NCBI GenBank assembly: GCA_951406725.2
Contig: OX597838.1
Coordinates: 23,932,001-23,996,000 of the forward strand
Source of the DNA: Octopus vulgaris
Taxonomy: Eukaryota
Reading direction: 5' to 3'
DNA: 64,000 nt
The notes beneath the pieces were generated by a model. It did no database searches. It was given only the letters and a program-made list of their open reading frames with translations, and had not been told where the DNA came from. The number at the start of each line of letters is the position of its first letter. The first letter of the stretch is position 1. Shown here piece by piece: positions 52,116 to 64,000 of this stretch. Position numbers and translations under genes: made by a program.

Positions 52116-53024
52116 TATTGTATTTGTGAACATTTTTACATTTTAATAAAGGTTCCAAAAGTAAAATATGTTGACATTTGTGTGTCAGTGACACCATCAG
52201 GGTTTGTGAATTATCCACCACCCTCACCCTCACCCAGAGTTTTGTTCGGATGGGGGGGGGGGGGGTGTCGTTGGTCACATTTCAGTGCTGTGCAACACCA
52301 CCACCACCACCACCTCCACCACTTGCCACTGACATCTGCAACATATAAATTTATTATCTTATATGTACATAAAGGATAAACCCTTTGTAAAATTTTATGT
52401 ATGAAGTCAACAGCTCCCTCAACCCTTTCCCAGTCACTGTGAACTCTTGACATCGGGTGGGGGGGGGTTACTATCGGCTGGTTCCCCTTTGAACACTGAT
52501 TAGCTTTTGCAGATAGATAACTGAGAGAGAGAGAGAGAATGAAAGAGAATGAAGAAGAGAATGAAGGAGAGAAAGAGAATGAAAGAGAGAGAAAGAGAGC
52601 AAACTCTCAAAGTCCCTGGCTTACTACATACATATGGCAGGCTCACATTATTAGTTACATACATTGGTATAATTAGTACACACCATTTAGTACATTTTAC
52701 TAACTACATACATACAGTCAGCCAGTGAGTTTGAAGTAACTGCTAGATCTCTTTCTCGACATTTCATTGGTCGGTTTGTCTTACTAAACTGACATTGCTC
52801 GCGTTCAGTTTCTAAAACCATTCATTCCCCCAACAGTGGCGGCAGAAAAGTCAGTGAAGATGCTACTTCGTAGTAGAGCAGTGCTTGTAGAATGATGGGT
52901 GAGTTGGTGGCTTGCCTACCAAAGTCTTTTCTCTTGTATGTTGGTTTAGAATGTACGTGTGTGTGTGTGTATGTGTGTGTGTGTGCTATATGTGTGAAGA
53001 TAAAGTTTACTTTGAAAGGTATCT

Positions 53025-53455
53025 TTATCTTTTACCCGTTTCAGTCATTGGACTGCGGCCATGCTGGGGCAATGTCTTGAAGAATTTTTAGTCAAATGTA
53101 TCACCCCAGTACTTAATTTTTTGCTAAGCTTGTTACTTATTCTATTAGTTCTTTTTTTGTTTGTTTTGTTTTGTTTTTTTGCTGAATCACTAAGTTATGG
53201 GGACATAAACACACCAACGCCAGTTGTCAAACATTAGAGGAGGACAAACGCAAACAACCCCACCACCCCAACACACACACACACACACACATATATATAG
53301 ACAATGGGCTTGCTCCAGTTTCCATCTCCCAAATCCTCTTTGGTCAGTCCGAAGCTATTGTAGAAGACACTTGCCCAAAGTGCCACGTATCGGAACTGAA
53401 CCCAGAACCATGTGGTTATGAAGCAAGCCTCTTACCACACAGTCATGCCTGTACC
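53025..53455 (-). mobile_element. diverged family-A SINE
   Basis: Tail and head motifs. Confidence 0.8.
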
Positions 53456-54317
53456 TATTTGGATGCAATTAACTGTGACAATACTCAAGCATTCATGAAT
53501 TATCTAAGTGAATCACAAAACCTCCAGGTCCCATCGTTGCCTTGACCTTATCTTTGAAGAATTCTTTATGGATTGATTGTATTTCTCACAGCTTTGTAGT
53601 GTAAAGATGACAACGGCATTGATATTCCAAAGTTTGGGATAATAATAGCAGCTTCTAGAATAGATCTGTTAGTGGAAGCACTTTCTATTATTATTCCTAC
53701 CTGCCCTGAAGCATTTAGCATTTGTAATCATAGGTTTATTTATAACTCGCTTCCCATCCCAACTTGATAAGCATTTTGATGACAATTCCAATATTACCTT
53801 GAGATGTTTACTTTCTGTATTATCTTATGCATACACACATGCACACACACACACCTACATGTGCATGCACGCACACACACACACACACACTCTTAAATGC
53901 ACACCCACACGCAAGTAGCGTGTGTAGGTGTGCTTTCAGAGAAATTCTATACATAACTCTTTATATTATGCGATCATAGAAATATTTCTCTGTTTTATAC
54001 AATCATAGATGTGTGTGTGTATGTGTGTGTGTACATAGATGTGTATGTGTGTACATGTGTGTGTATATGTGTGTGTGTACATATGTGTGTGTGTGTGTAC
54101 ATATGTGTGTGTGTGTGTATGTTTATATAAGTAAATAATCCATATTATAGCAGTAGTAAATATATTCTTTCATATCACAACAATCTCAGACAGTCGGGCC
54201 TTAACCAAGCATTTCACAATACCCTTAAACCCAGGAACTTTCCAGCACCCCCTCGTGTATATATACATGCGTATATATTATATACATATATATATATATA
54301 TATGTATGTATATATAT

Positions 54318-54539
54318 GTAATCCCTTGCCATATTGTGGTATACCTATCACAGTTTATTATTTAATCTTACGTTGATTCCTCTGTGGTGTTGTTTTGCAT
54401 TTATAATAAAATAAATATATACAAATTATAAAAATAAGAAAATAAAATACACAGTACAGTACTGTTTTTACTTTGTGGATTTTCACCTATCGTAGGGGGT
54501 TTTGGAATGTAACACCCTTGATAGACGAGGGATTACTGT
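54318..54539. mobile_element. pogo/Tigger-like MITE remnant
   Basis: GTAATCCCTTG at the left and CGAGGGATTACTG-TA at the right. Confidence 0.55.
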
Positions 54540-54542
54540 ATA

Positions 54543-54645
54543 CACAAGGGGGTACTAAAAAGTTCCCAGCTTTGTGTAAAAGAAAAATACAGGAGGATCA
54601 GTTATGATTTTATTCAACATATTCCCCTCTTAGATTCATATACAC

Positions 54646-54699
<54 letters not shown>

Positions 54700-55842
54700 G
54701 AGGGTGTGTGGAATAGTTCCTGACTTTAAGGTTATCACAAAAGGTCTGGTTGGAGGCCCAACCTTCTGAGTTCTTTTACAGGGCTTAGCAAAACTTTAGG
54801 ACTACTGCAATAAGTGTGTGAACCTGAGAGGGGAATATGTTGAATAAAATCATAATTAACTGATCCTCCTGTATTTTCTTTTACCTAAAGCCAGGAACTT
54901 TCCAGCAAACCCCCATATATATACATATATATATATACACATGAGGGGATGCCGAAAAGTTTCTGGCTTTTAGAGGGGAATATGTTCAATAAAATCATAA
55001 TTAACTGATCCTGCTGTATTTTCTTTTACCCAAAGCCAAGAACTTTTCAGCAACCCCTTATATAAAGGATATAAGAATGTCATTAGATGGTGAATATTTA
55101 TCTGAAGTTGTTATGACATGACAAATATGGATATAGTTGTTACAGCATGGGGAATATATGAATGGTGGTTACAACATGGCAAACATGGTTATTAGACTGT
55201 TATCAAACGGTGAATATATCTATGGTTGTTATGACACGGCAAATAATGTCTGTGTTGTAGCATGACTAATAATGAGTATGGTTGTTATGACATGGTGACT
55301 ACGACTGTGGTTGAATGACAAATACGGATATCAGTGCAATTACATGACAGATATTTCTATGGGTTTCATAGAAATATTTATATGAGAGGGTGCCAAAAAG
55401 TTCCTGGCTTTGCGTAAAAGAAAATACTAGAGGATTAGTTACTTATGAATTTATCCAGCATATTCCCCTCTCAGATTCACACACTTATTGCTGTGGTCCT
55501 TCATTTTTTTTAAGTCCTGTAAAAGAACTCGGAAGGTTGGCCCTCCACCTAGGCCTTTTTCAATACTCTTAAAACCAGTAAATTTTCAGCACTCTCTCTC
55601 TCTCTCTCTCTTTCACACACACACACGAGGAGTACTGAAAAGTTCCTGGCTTTGGGTAAAAGAAAATACAGAAGGATCAGTTAATTAAGATTTTATTTAA
55701 CATAATCCTCTCTCAAATTCACACACTTATTGCAGCAGTCCTTCTGGTTTTCCTAAGCCTTGTAAAAGAACTGGGAAAGTTGGGCCTCAAATCAGGCCTT
55801 TCTCAATATCCTTAAAGCCAGGAACCTTTCAGCACTCCTTCA
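54543..55842. mobile_element. cluster of at least five mariner-derived MITE copies
   Basis: GAGGGGG..CTGAAAAGTTCCTGGCTTT / AAAGCCAGGAACTTTTCAGCAC TIRs at about 54543, 54698-54915, 54942-55038, 55385-55593 and 55626-55842; another end at 54215-54255. Confidence 0.8.
55075..55365. repeat. ~29-bp minisatellite GGTTGTTATGACATGGCAAATATGGATAT
   Basis: About nine diverged copies; inverted copies at 55845-55938. Confidence 0.75.
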
Positions 55843-56269
55843 TATGTAATGCTATCAACCAGAGATATATTCACCATCATAGACAACCAAATCCTTATTT
55901 GCCATGTTATAACAACCGTATCATGTTATAACAACTATGGGTACTTGTTTCTCTGGGATTGGTCAAATGATAGACACCTGATGAGACCCCAATTAGGATC
56001 GAAAATCGATATGTAGAAAATATATTATATTGTATATATCATATATCATTCCTTGATGCTGCTTGGACTGAGATCCCAGTTGATAAGCTGCTGATATTAA
56101 ATAAGATGTTAAATGCTTATTATATTATGCAAATTAGTTAGCTCATTTCTCCCAAGCTACTGGATTTGTTGTGTATAATAAACAGATTGACTACTTGTTT
56201 CTGTGGCATTGGCATTTAAGTGATGTGGGCACTTCTGATAAGTTTTGAAAATTGGTTAACTCTTTAGCA

Positions 56270-57135
56270 GGCATGGTTGTGTGGTAAGAAGCTTGCTTTC
56301 CAACTGCATGGTTCCAGGTTCATTCCCACAGTGTTGCACCTTGGGAAAGCGTCTTCCTCAGGCCATAATAAACTGAAGATTTAAATAAATTGAGGTGGCG
56401 AGCTGACAGAATTGTTAGCATGCTGGGCAAAATGCTTCATGATATTTTGCCCATTTTGTGCCAGAATTTGAAGCCAATATTTAGATAAACCTAGGCAGCG
56501 AGCTGGCAGAATTGTTAGCACATTGGGCAAAATGTTTCGTGGCATTTTGCCCATCTTCGTGTTCTGAGTTTGAAATTCTGCTGAGGCTGACTTTGCCTTT
56601 TATCTCTTTCGGAGTTGATATAGGTGCAGGAGTGGCTATGTGGTAAGTAGCTTACTTACCAACCACATGGTTCCAGGTTAAGTCCCACTGCGTGGAACCT
56701 TGGGCAAGTGTCTTCTACTATAGCCTCAGGCCAACCAAAGCCTTGTGAGTGGATTTGGTAGACGGAAACTGAAAAAAGCCTGTTGTATATATATGTGTGT
56801 GTGTGTTTGTCCCTCCACCATCACTTGACAACCAATGCTGGTGTGTTTACATCCCCCGTAAGTTCGGCAAAAGAGACCGATAGAATAAGTACTAGGCTTC
56901 CAAAGAATAAGTTCTGGGGTCAATTTGTTCGACTAAAGGCAGTGCTCCAGCATGGCCACAGTCAAATGACTGAAACATATAAGAGTAAAAGAGTTGAGTA
57001 CCGGGGTCAAGTAATCGACTTTTTCCCTTACCCGAAACTTGCTGGCCTTGTGCCAGTATTTCAAATTAACTAAATTAGTAGGTTCCTCTTCTGCTCTTAT
57101 TTCGGTCATTGGACTGCTGCCATCCTGGGGCACCT
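56270..57135. mobile_element. nested family-A and family-B SINEs
   Basis: Full family-A copy 56622-56990 (+) splits a family-B copy. Confidence 0.8.
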
Positions 57136-57611
57136 TCTTGATGGTTTTAAGCAATCATGTCAAAAAACCTAGTTTGCTATTTGTTAACTCACCAACTTAA
57201 AAGACTTAAAACACAAGCACCATTGCTTTCAAGGGATGTCAACATTATGTCTGTCACACACAAACACATGCATGTGCACACATACTCTCTCTCTCTCATA
57301 CACTCTCTAGCATACACAAATAATATATACATATATATATCTTCATCATCATCATCATCATTGTTTAATGTCCGGTCATCATGCTGGCATGGGTTGGATG
57401 AATTGACATGGAACTGGCCAGCTGGGGGACGTTCGAACTCCAACTGTCTGTTGTGACATGGTTTCTATGGCTGGATGCCCTTCCTAACGCCAACCTCTTG
57501 ACAAAGTATACTGGTGCTTTTTACATGTCACCATCACAGCTGCATTAACACAGCACCAGCACAGGTGCTTTTTAAGTGGCACCAGTACCTCTGTGTGTGT
57601 GTGTGTGTATG

Positions 57612-57645
<34 letters not shown>

Positions 57646-57674
57646 TGTGCCCACATTTATAAAATTATATACTT

Positions 57675-57705
<31 letters not shown>

Positions 57706-59382
57706 TCTGAATATTCCAATGAATCATTATGTAATCCTTGTATTGTCCTTTGTACACCCTGATGATTTTCCATCCAAGGTATTTTAAAATGCAAGGTTAT
57801 ATATTTATATATGTTTTGTAGTTTTAATTTTGGTTGTGAAATGAAACAATTGTAGGTGAATATGTTAATAAATTAATTTGTATCCATTAGATGTCTCTGT
57901 TTTCAAATTTAATCATATATATATAGCATGAAGGAATAGATGCATTAAATCCAGGCAGATACCTTACAAGCATCCTTGTATAATCCAGGTTTTGGCTAAC
58001 CACATCAAATGATATGAAACAATAAGAAACTATTTATGGTAAACAATCACACCTGATGGGTTAAACATCATGGGTAATATTCCACCTGATGGGTAAAACG
58101 TGAGTTTGCTTCTTTGGAAGTTGCATCCTGCTGGTTGAATTGAACCAACAGGATGCAACTCAATGCCACATCCCAGGATACCCATACAGTAGAAACATGT
58201 ATCAGAAAGAGATTTAAAGCGAATGGATTATACATAATACTGTAATAAACAAGCTTTGAGAATGTATAATTTTCCATTCTTATTTCTAATATCTTGTACA
58301 CACACACACACACACACACATATAAATATATTAGAAGGTTTGGAGATGATGTACAGGTATTATATATTAGAAGAAATAAAGTACTCAGAAATCTGGATGG
58401 TTTTATATTTACAGATATTTATTGATATGTCTCATGTTTTTATAAATCATATATCCACTCTAGTGGAGTCATCAGATTGAACTTTTTCAGAAATTTTGTC
58501 TCTTTTTATAGTACTATTGAGTGTGTAGGGGTGGAGAGAGATATAAGAGAGTACAAGAGGGTGAGGAATGGGGAGAAAGTGAGAGAGAGTGCGTGTGTGT
58601 GTGTATCTGAAAGGAGTGTCAATAGAAAAGAGAAGGAAAGGAAGAAGGAACTGGCATGGGTTGGATGGTTCGACTGAGCTGGTAAAGCCAGGGGTTGCAT
58701 CAGGCTCCATTGCCTGTTCTGGCGTGGTTCCTACAGCTGGATGCCCTTCCTAATACCAACCAGTCCACAGAGTGTACTGGGTGCTTTTTTATGTAGCACC
58801 AGTGCTTTTAACATGGGCCCCCAGCACTGGTTTCAATTCTGCTGTGGTAGACAGGTGTTCTCGAGTACAGCCACGCACGAGATATCTCGGTCCTTTGTAA
58901 ATCTCTTTCGTAAGGCTCAGTGTCTTCAGGTCAGCCTCCAATAGTTTCTTCCATACATAAATATGTGTGTGTGTGTGTGCGTCTGTATTCATTCATTCAT
59001 TCATTCATTGCAATTCTCTATATATCTGACCCTCCTCACTCATTGTTGGTTGCTATTATAAGACATTTGAGACAACATACATCTCATTTTTCGTCTTTTA
59101 TCTTTTCCTCATGCTGGTCTTCCCTTAACTTGGCTTTACACCAATTGTTGTGGCACACTGTGTGTTCTTAGTTGGCTCCAAGCCATAAATGTACTGGATA
59201 TCAGAGAATGCTTAACTTCTTACAGGTTGGAAACTGACGAATTATGTTTGCGGCATCATTTTCGTTTCTTTTTTGTTTGTTTTTTGTTTTTGTTTGCGTT
59301 CTATATTGGAATATCACAGATGAACACAGGCAAACATACAAATAGACACACTCGCTCATGCGCTCTCAAATACATATTCATT

Positions 59383-59417
<35 letters not shown>

Positions 59418-59640
59418 CTACACACACACTCTCTCTCTCTCTCTCTCTCTTTCTCTCTTGCATTTCTCATTTTTCCTTGGATAAGAAAATATTATTTTAT
59501 ATAAATCTACTTCAAATTGAGTAGAAAAGTATTCACTCGCAGTATGCATGCATGTGTCTATACATGTTATATAAATATAAATATATATATGTATAAGTAT
59601 ATATGTAAATGTGTGTATGTATATATATATATATATATAA

Positions 59641-59694
<54 letters not shown>

Positions 59695-59824
59695 GTGTAT
59701 ATATGTATATATATATATATACATAAATGTATATATGTATATCTATATAAATGTGTATATGTATCTATGTATATATATATATTTGTAAATGTATATATAT
59801 AAATATAAATATGTTTTTCTGAAT

Positions 59825-59867
<43 letters not shown>

Positions 59868-59876
59868 CATACATAC

Positions 59877-59910
<34 letters not shown>

Positions 59911-59959
59911 GTGCATGTGAATTTGTGCGGATAAATTGAAGCATGTGTGTGTGTATGTA

Positions 59960-60866
59960 TCTTTTATCTTTTACTTGCTTCAACCATTGGGTCATTGGAC
60001 AACAGCCATGCCAGGGGCAATGCTTTGAAGGGTTCATTTGAAGAAATCAACCCCGGTACATATCCATACACACACGCACTCACACACATGGCAGGTTTCC
60101 ATATTGATTGCATCTACAAAATTCTCTCACAAGGCATTGCTTTGCCTGGAGTTATAGTAGATTGACATTTGCTCAAGATGCCTATCAGTGGGACTGAACC
60201 TGGAACCATGTGGTTGGAAAGTGAGCTTCTTAGCTACACAGCCATACTTACCCCACTTGGCTTGGCTTCATGAAGCGGGGATCTTCATGTCAATTGCATG
60301 CTTGTTGATGACTGATGTGTCCAATTCAAGACAAACTATCATGACTGCAGTGGCTGCAAAGGAGGATTGACTGATCAGAGCCAGTCATATCTTTGTTTTT
60401 CCTCTTATTTCTCTTGTATTTAAAAATGGTCCAGCAAGTGTCTTCACAGTATGTTGTCGCTCGGAGGACAATATGGTGCCAGGTTGCATTGTCAGCAGCA
60501 AGAACAAGTGACTGGCATTAGGAAGGGCATCCAGCCATAGAAACCTTGCCAAAACAGACTATGGGACCTGGTGTGGCCCCTGGCTTTGCCAGTTCCTGTC
60601 AAGCTGTCCAGCACATGCCAGTATGGAAAATGGACATAAAATGTTGATGATAATAATGAGGATATATATATATTCTTTTATTCTTTCATTTGTTTCAGTC
60701 ATTTGAATTTGGTTGAACAAATTGACCCCAGGACTCATTCTTTGTAAGACTAGTACTTATTCTATCAGTCCCTTTGGCCAAACCGCTAATTTACAGGGAT
60801 GTAAAACACACCAGCATTGGACGTCAAGCAATGGTGGGAGGGTGACAAATACAGACACACAAACAT

Positions 60867-60902
<36 letters not shown>

Positions 60903-61070
60903 GTGTATATATACGATGGGCTTCTTTCAGTTTCGGTTTACCAAATCCACTCACAAGGCTTTGGTCAGCCCGAGGCTATAGTAGAAAACACTTGCCCAAG
61001 GTGCCACGCTGTGGGACTTGAACCCAGAACCATGTGGTTGGTAAGCAAGCTACTTACCACACAGCCACTC
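59960..61070. mobile_element. two family-A SINEs (minus) and a family-D fragment (plus)
   Basis: Diagnostic motifs at 59960-60250, 60500-60655 and 60680-61070. Confidence 0.8.
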
Positions 61071-61406
61071 CTAATCAAAAGTGGCACTGTAAAGAGCAGC
61101 ACACAACCAAGATCAGGCTCTGTAGTGGGTTCCATTTTCTGCTCTAGTATTCAGTATTTAGTACAAGACACCCGAAAAGGGGTCTTATGTGATTTGCATA
61201 ACGTTTCTTCTACTGTTACCTCATTATTTCAGCATTTTAATGAAATGTGTGTATGTCCCATAAAGCTATGAACACCACACCTGTTTTTTGACTTGTTATT
61301 ATTTTTTGTTCTGTTTATATCAATGTTTGTTACAGAGAATCTTATGCAAACACATGTATATATTTATATATGTATTTGCACGTGTGCATATATTTATAGA
61401 CTAATT

Positions 61407-61438
<32 letters not shown>

Positions 61439-61994
61439 TTTTTAAAAGAGCAAAGTACATTAATCTTTTAATTCTTTGTTTTGATTAGACTAATTAGCTC
61501 GCTAATAGCTCTTTTATCCCAAATTTTAATCTCTCAAACATTGCATTGGTTAAGAACAGTCCCAGTTTATAGGGTGAGTGGTGGATGTGTGTGTATGTGA
61601 TACACATGCATACAATAGGCCAAATCAGTTTTGTTTAGTATATGTCTATGTTTGTATATGAAATCAATATCAACACTCATTCAAAGTACATACCACAGTC
61701 ATTTGTTTTCGTCTTTATTAAATTTGAACATCTGCTCTCTCTCTCTATGTGTGCCTCTCTGTGCCCCCCCTCTCTCTCTCTCTATTCATTCATTTTTATG
61801 TCTGTCTTTTCATGTTTGCCTGGAGTATGGCTCTCAGCGATTTTTTTTTTTAATCTATGGACCCCTTTGATTGCTGTTTTTTTTTTTTTTCTGATAGACC
61901 CCCATAGCCATTCGGTGTTTGAAAACTAGTTTTATAGTCTCTTGGTATTTGTTAATGTTTTTACATTAATTTGTGTAAGTTGAACTATACTCAT

Positions 61995-62402
61995 TTACTC
62001 TTTTACTTGTTTCAGTCATTTGACTGTGGCCATGCTGGAGCACCGCCTTTAGTCGAGCAAATCAACACCAGGACTTATTCTTTGTAAGCCTAGTACTTAT
62101 TCTATCAGTCTCTTTTTGCCGAACCGCTAAGTTATGGGAACGTAAACACACAACCATCGGTTGTCAAGTGATTTTGGGGAGGACAAACACAGACACACAA
62201 ACAGACACACAATCACACACACATACATATATATATACAAATATACGATGGGGGGTTTTCAGTTTCCGTCTACCAAATCCACTCACAAGGCTTTGGTCGT
62301 CTCGAGGCTATATTAGAAGACACTTGCCCAAGGTGCCATGCAGTGGGACTGAACCCGGAACCGTGTGGTTGGTAAGCAAGCTACTTACCACACAGCCACT
62401 CA
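61995..62402 (-). mobile_element. full-length family-A SINE
   Basis: Head to tail recognisable. Confidence 0.9.
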
Positions 62403-62894
62403 TGTAAACATAATTTATAATACATTGAAATTATTATCACAAGAAGAAAGCTGCTGTTATCCTAAGGAAGTCAAATAATGTTAAATAAATAAATATATTC
62501 ACCTGTAATATAACTCATGACTTATGATGGAACATATATGTTGGTGGGTGGTAATTCTAGTTAGTAGGTATACAAGTATGGCGAATTTAACTGGTACTCT
62601 GTACATCGAAAAAATGACGATTAGTCTTTTTACATACATACATGCGCACATACACGCATACATACACATACATAGCAGGCTGTTTGCAGTTTCCATCTAC
62701 CAAATCCATTCACAAGGCTTTGGTCACCTGAGGCTATATTAGAAGACATTTGCCCAAGGTGCTACACAGTGGGACTGAACCCAGAACCATGTAGTTGGTA
62801 AGCAAGCTTCGTACATCACAGCCACACCTACAGCATTATGGTGCACCTGAGCACTGTATACAATAATTTCATTATTATTATTATTATTATTATT

Positions 62895-63097
62895 GCCTTG
62901 TCTGGCACCTGTGCCGGTGGTATGTAAAAAGCACCCACTACACCCACGGAATGGTTGGCGTTAGGAAGGTATCCAGCCGTAGAAACATTGCCAGATCAGA
63001 CTGGGCCTGGTGCAGCCTTCTGGCTTCCCAGACCCCAGTTGAACCATCCAACCCATGCTAGCATGGAAAGCGGACGCTAAACGATGATGATGATGAT
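62895..63097 (+). mobile_element. family-D SINE 3' part
   Basis: AGGAAGGTATCCAGCCGTAGAAAC...TAAACGATGATGAT. Confidence 0.85.
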
Positions 63098-63579
63098 ATA
63101 TATATAGGACAGTCTTTATCCAGTTTCTGTCTAGCAAATCTAACTCACAAGTCCACTCACGAGGCTTTGGTCAGCCTAGGGACATAGTAACAAGCACAAT
63201 GTGACACAGTGCAGCGTAATGCAGGCTTTTTGAACTCCAAGTTGAGTCCAGTCAATGGGTTTTCTGTCAATCCAGTTTTGCTAACAAGCCTTAAGTTTAT
63301 ATTTGACTTCCTGCTCATGAACCAATCTTCTTAACAACTCAACCATGCCTGTGTACTCTATTATATGTACACACACACACACACAAACATTTAGATGCAT
63401 GCACGCATTTAGACACACATACACACACACATAGACATACAAACATTTAGACACACACACACATTTACACACCAAACATTTAGGCACAAACATGCACACA
63501 AACATTTAGACACACACACACATATATCCTCCTCCTCCTCATCATCATTATCATCATATCTGTTACTAGTATCTGAATC

Positions 63580-63865
63580 AGGCACAAAATGATGGATGTG
63601 TCACACAAACCAGTTTTTGTCATTGAGGTCTTAAGGTCATCAGCAGTCGCCACACCACTGCCCTGCATCAGTATTTCGACCAAGTGTTTGGAAAGATGCC
63701 TATGGTCTCACTGTATCATGTGTCACTTCCCAGACGATGATTTGGCCGACAGTCAGCTCTGGGTGTTGCAGATGCTGCCCTGCAGGCTGCAGCAATCTTC
63801 TTCTTCTTGTCCTATTGGTCAATAGCGAAAATTTCACGATAGAGTTGGACATAGGTCATGTTATG
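63580..63865 (-). mobile_element. decayed RTE-type LINE C-terminal fragment
   Basis: NMTYVQLYREI / RRRRLLQPAGQHLQHPELTVGQIIVWEVTH / LVEILMQGSGVATADDLKTSM across frameshifts, resembling RRL.FAGH..RHPEL....VLWEP.HG. Confidence 0.6.
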
Positions 63866-63928
63866 CACACGCATATGTGTGTATGTGTGAGCATGCAGAC
63901 ATATCATACATATATGTGTGTGTGTGTA

Positions 63929-63966
<38 letters not shown>

Positions 63967-64000
63967 ACGACCTCGAACACACAAGTGCAAACAAGGGAGT

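Noticed and set aside
63480-63994. Host gene exon at the window end
   Set aside because: Stops and frameshifts; the motifs match an RTE LINE C-terminus.

Overview
Eukaryotic, AT-rich, repeat-dominated non-coding DNA. The SINE families and dense (TA)n/(CA)n/(GA)n microsatellites are typical of an octopod cephalopod (Octopus-like; inferred, not searched). No intact protein-coding gene can be supported. Almost all ORFs in the track are microsatellite or SINE translation artefacts. The window holds: four SINE families; decayed Tc1, mariner, maT (DD37D), hAT and RTE remnants; several MITEs with readable TIRs/TSDs; a solo LTR; foldback-like arrays; and Penelope-like (PLE) inverted/tandem remnants. 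The most interesting signals are (1) several distinct type-I hammerhead ribozyme motifs in the PLE-like remnants, two with intact cores and unusually long stem II, and (2) a CpG-retaining domain at about 21-30.5 kb, across which SINE orientation flips, suggesting a hidden, possibly bidirectional promoter between two methylated intronic domains. Coordinates were read by eye; those of degenerate repeats are approximate.
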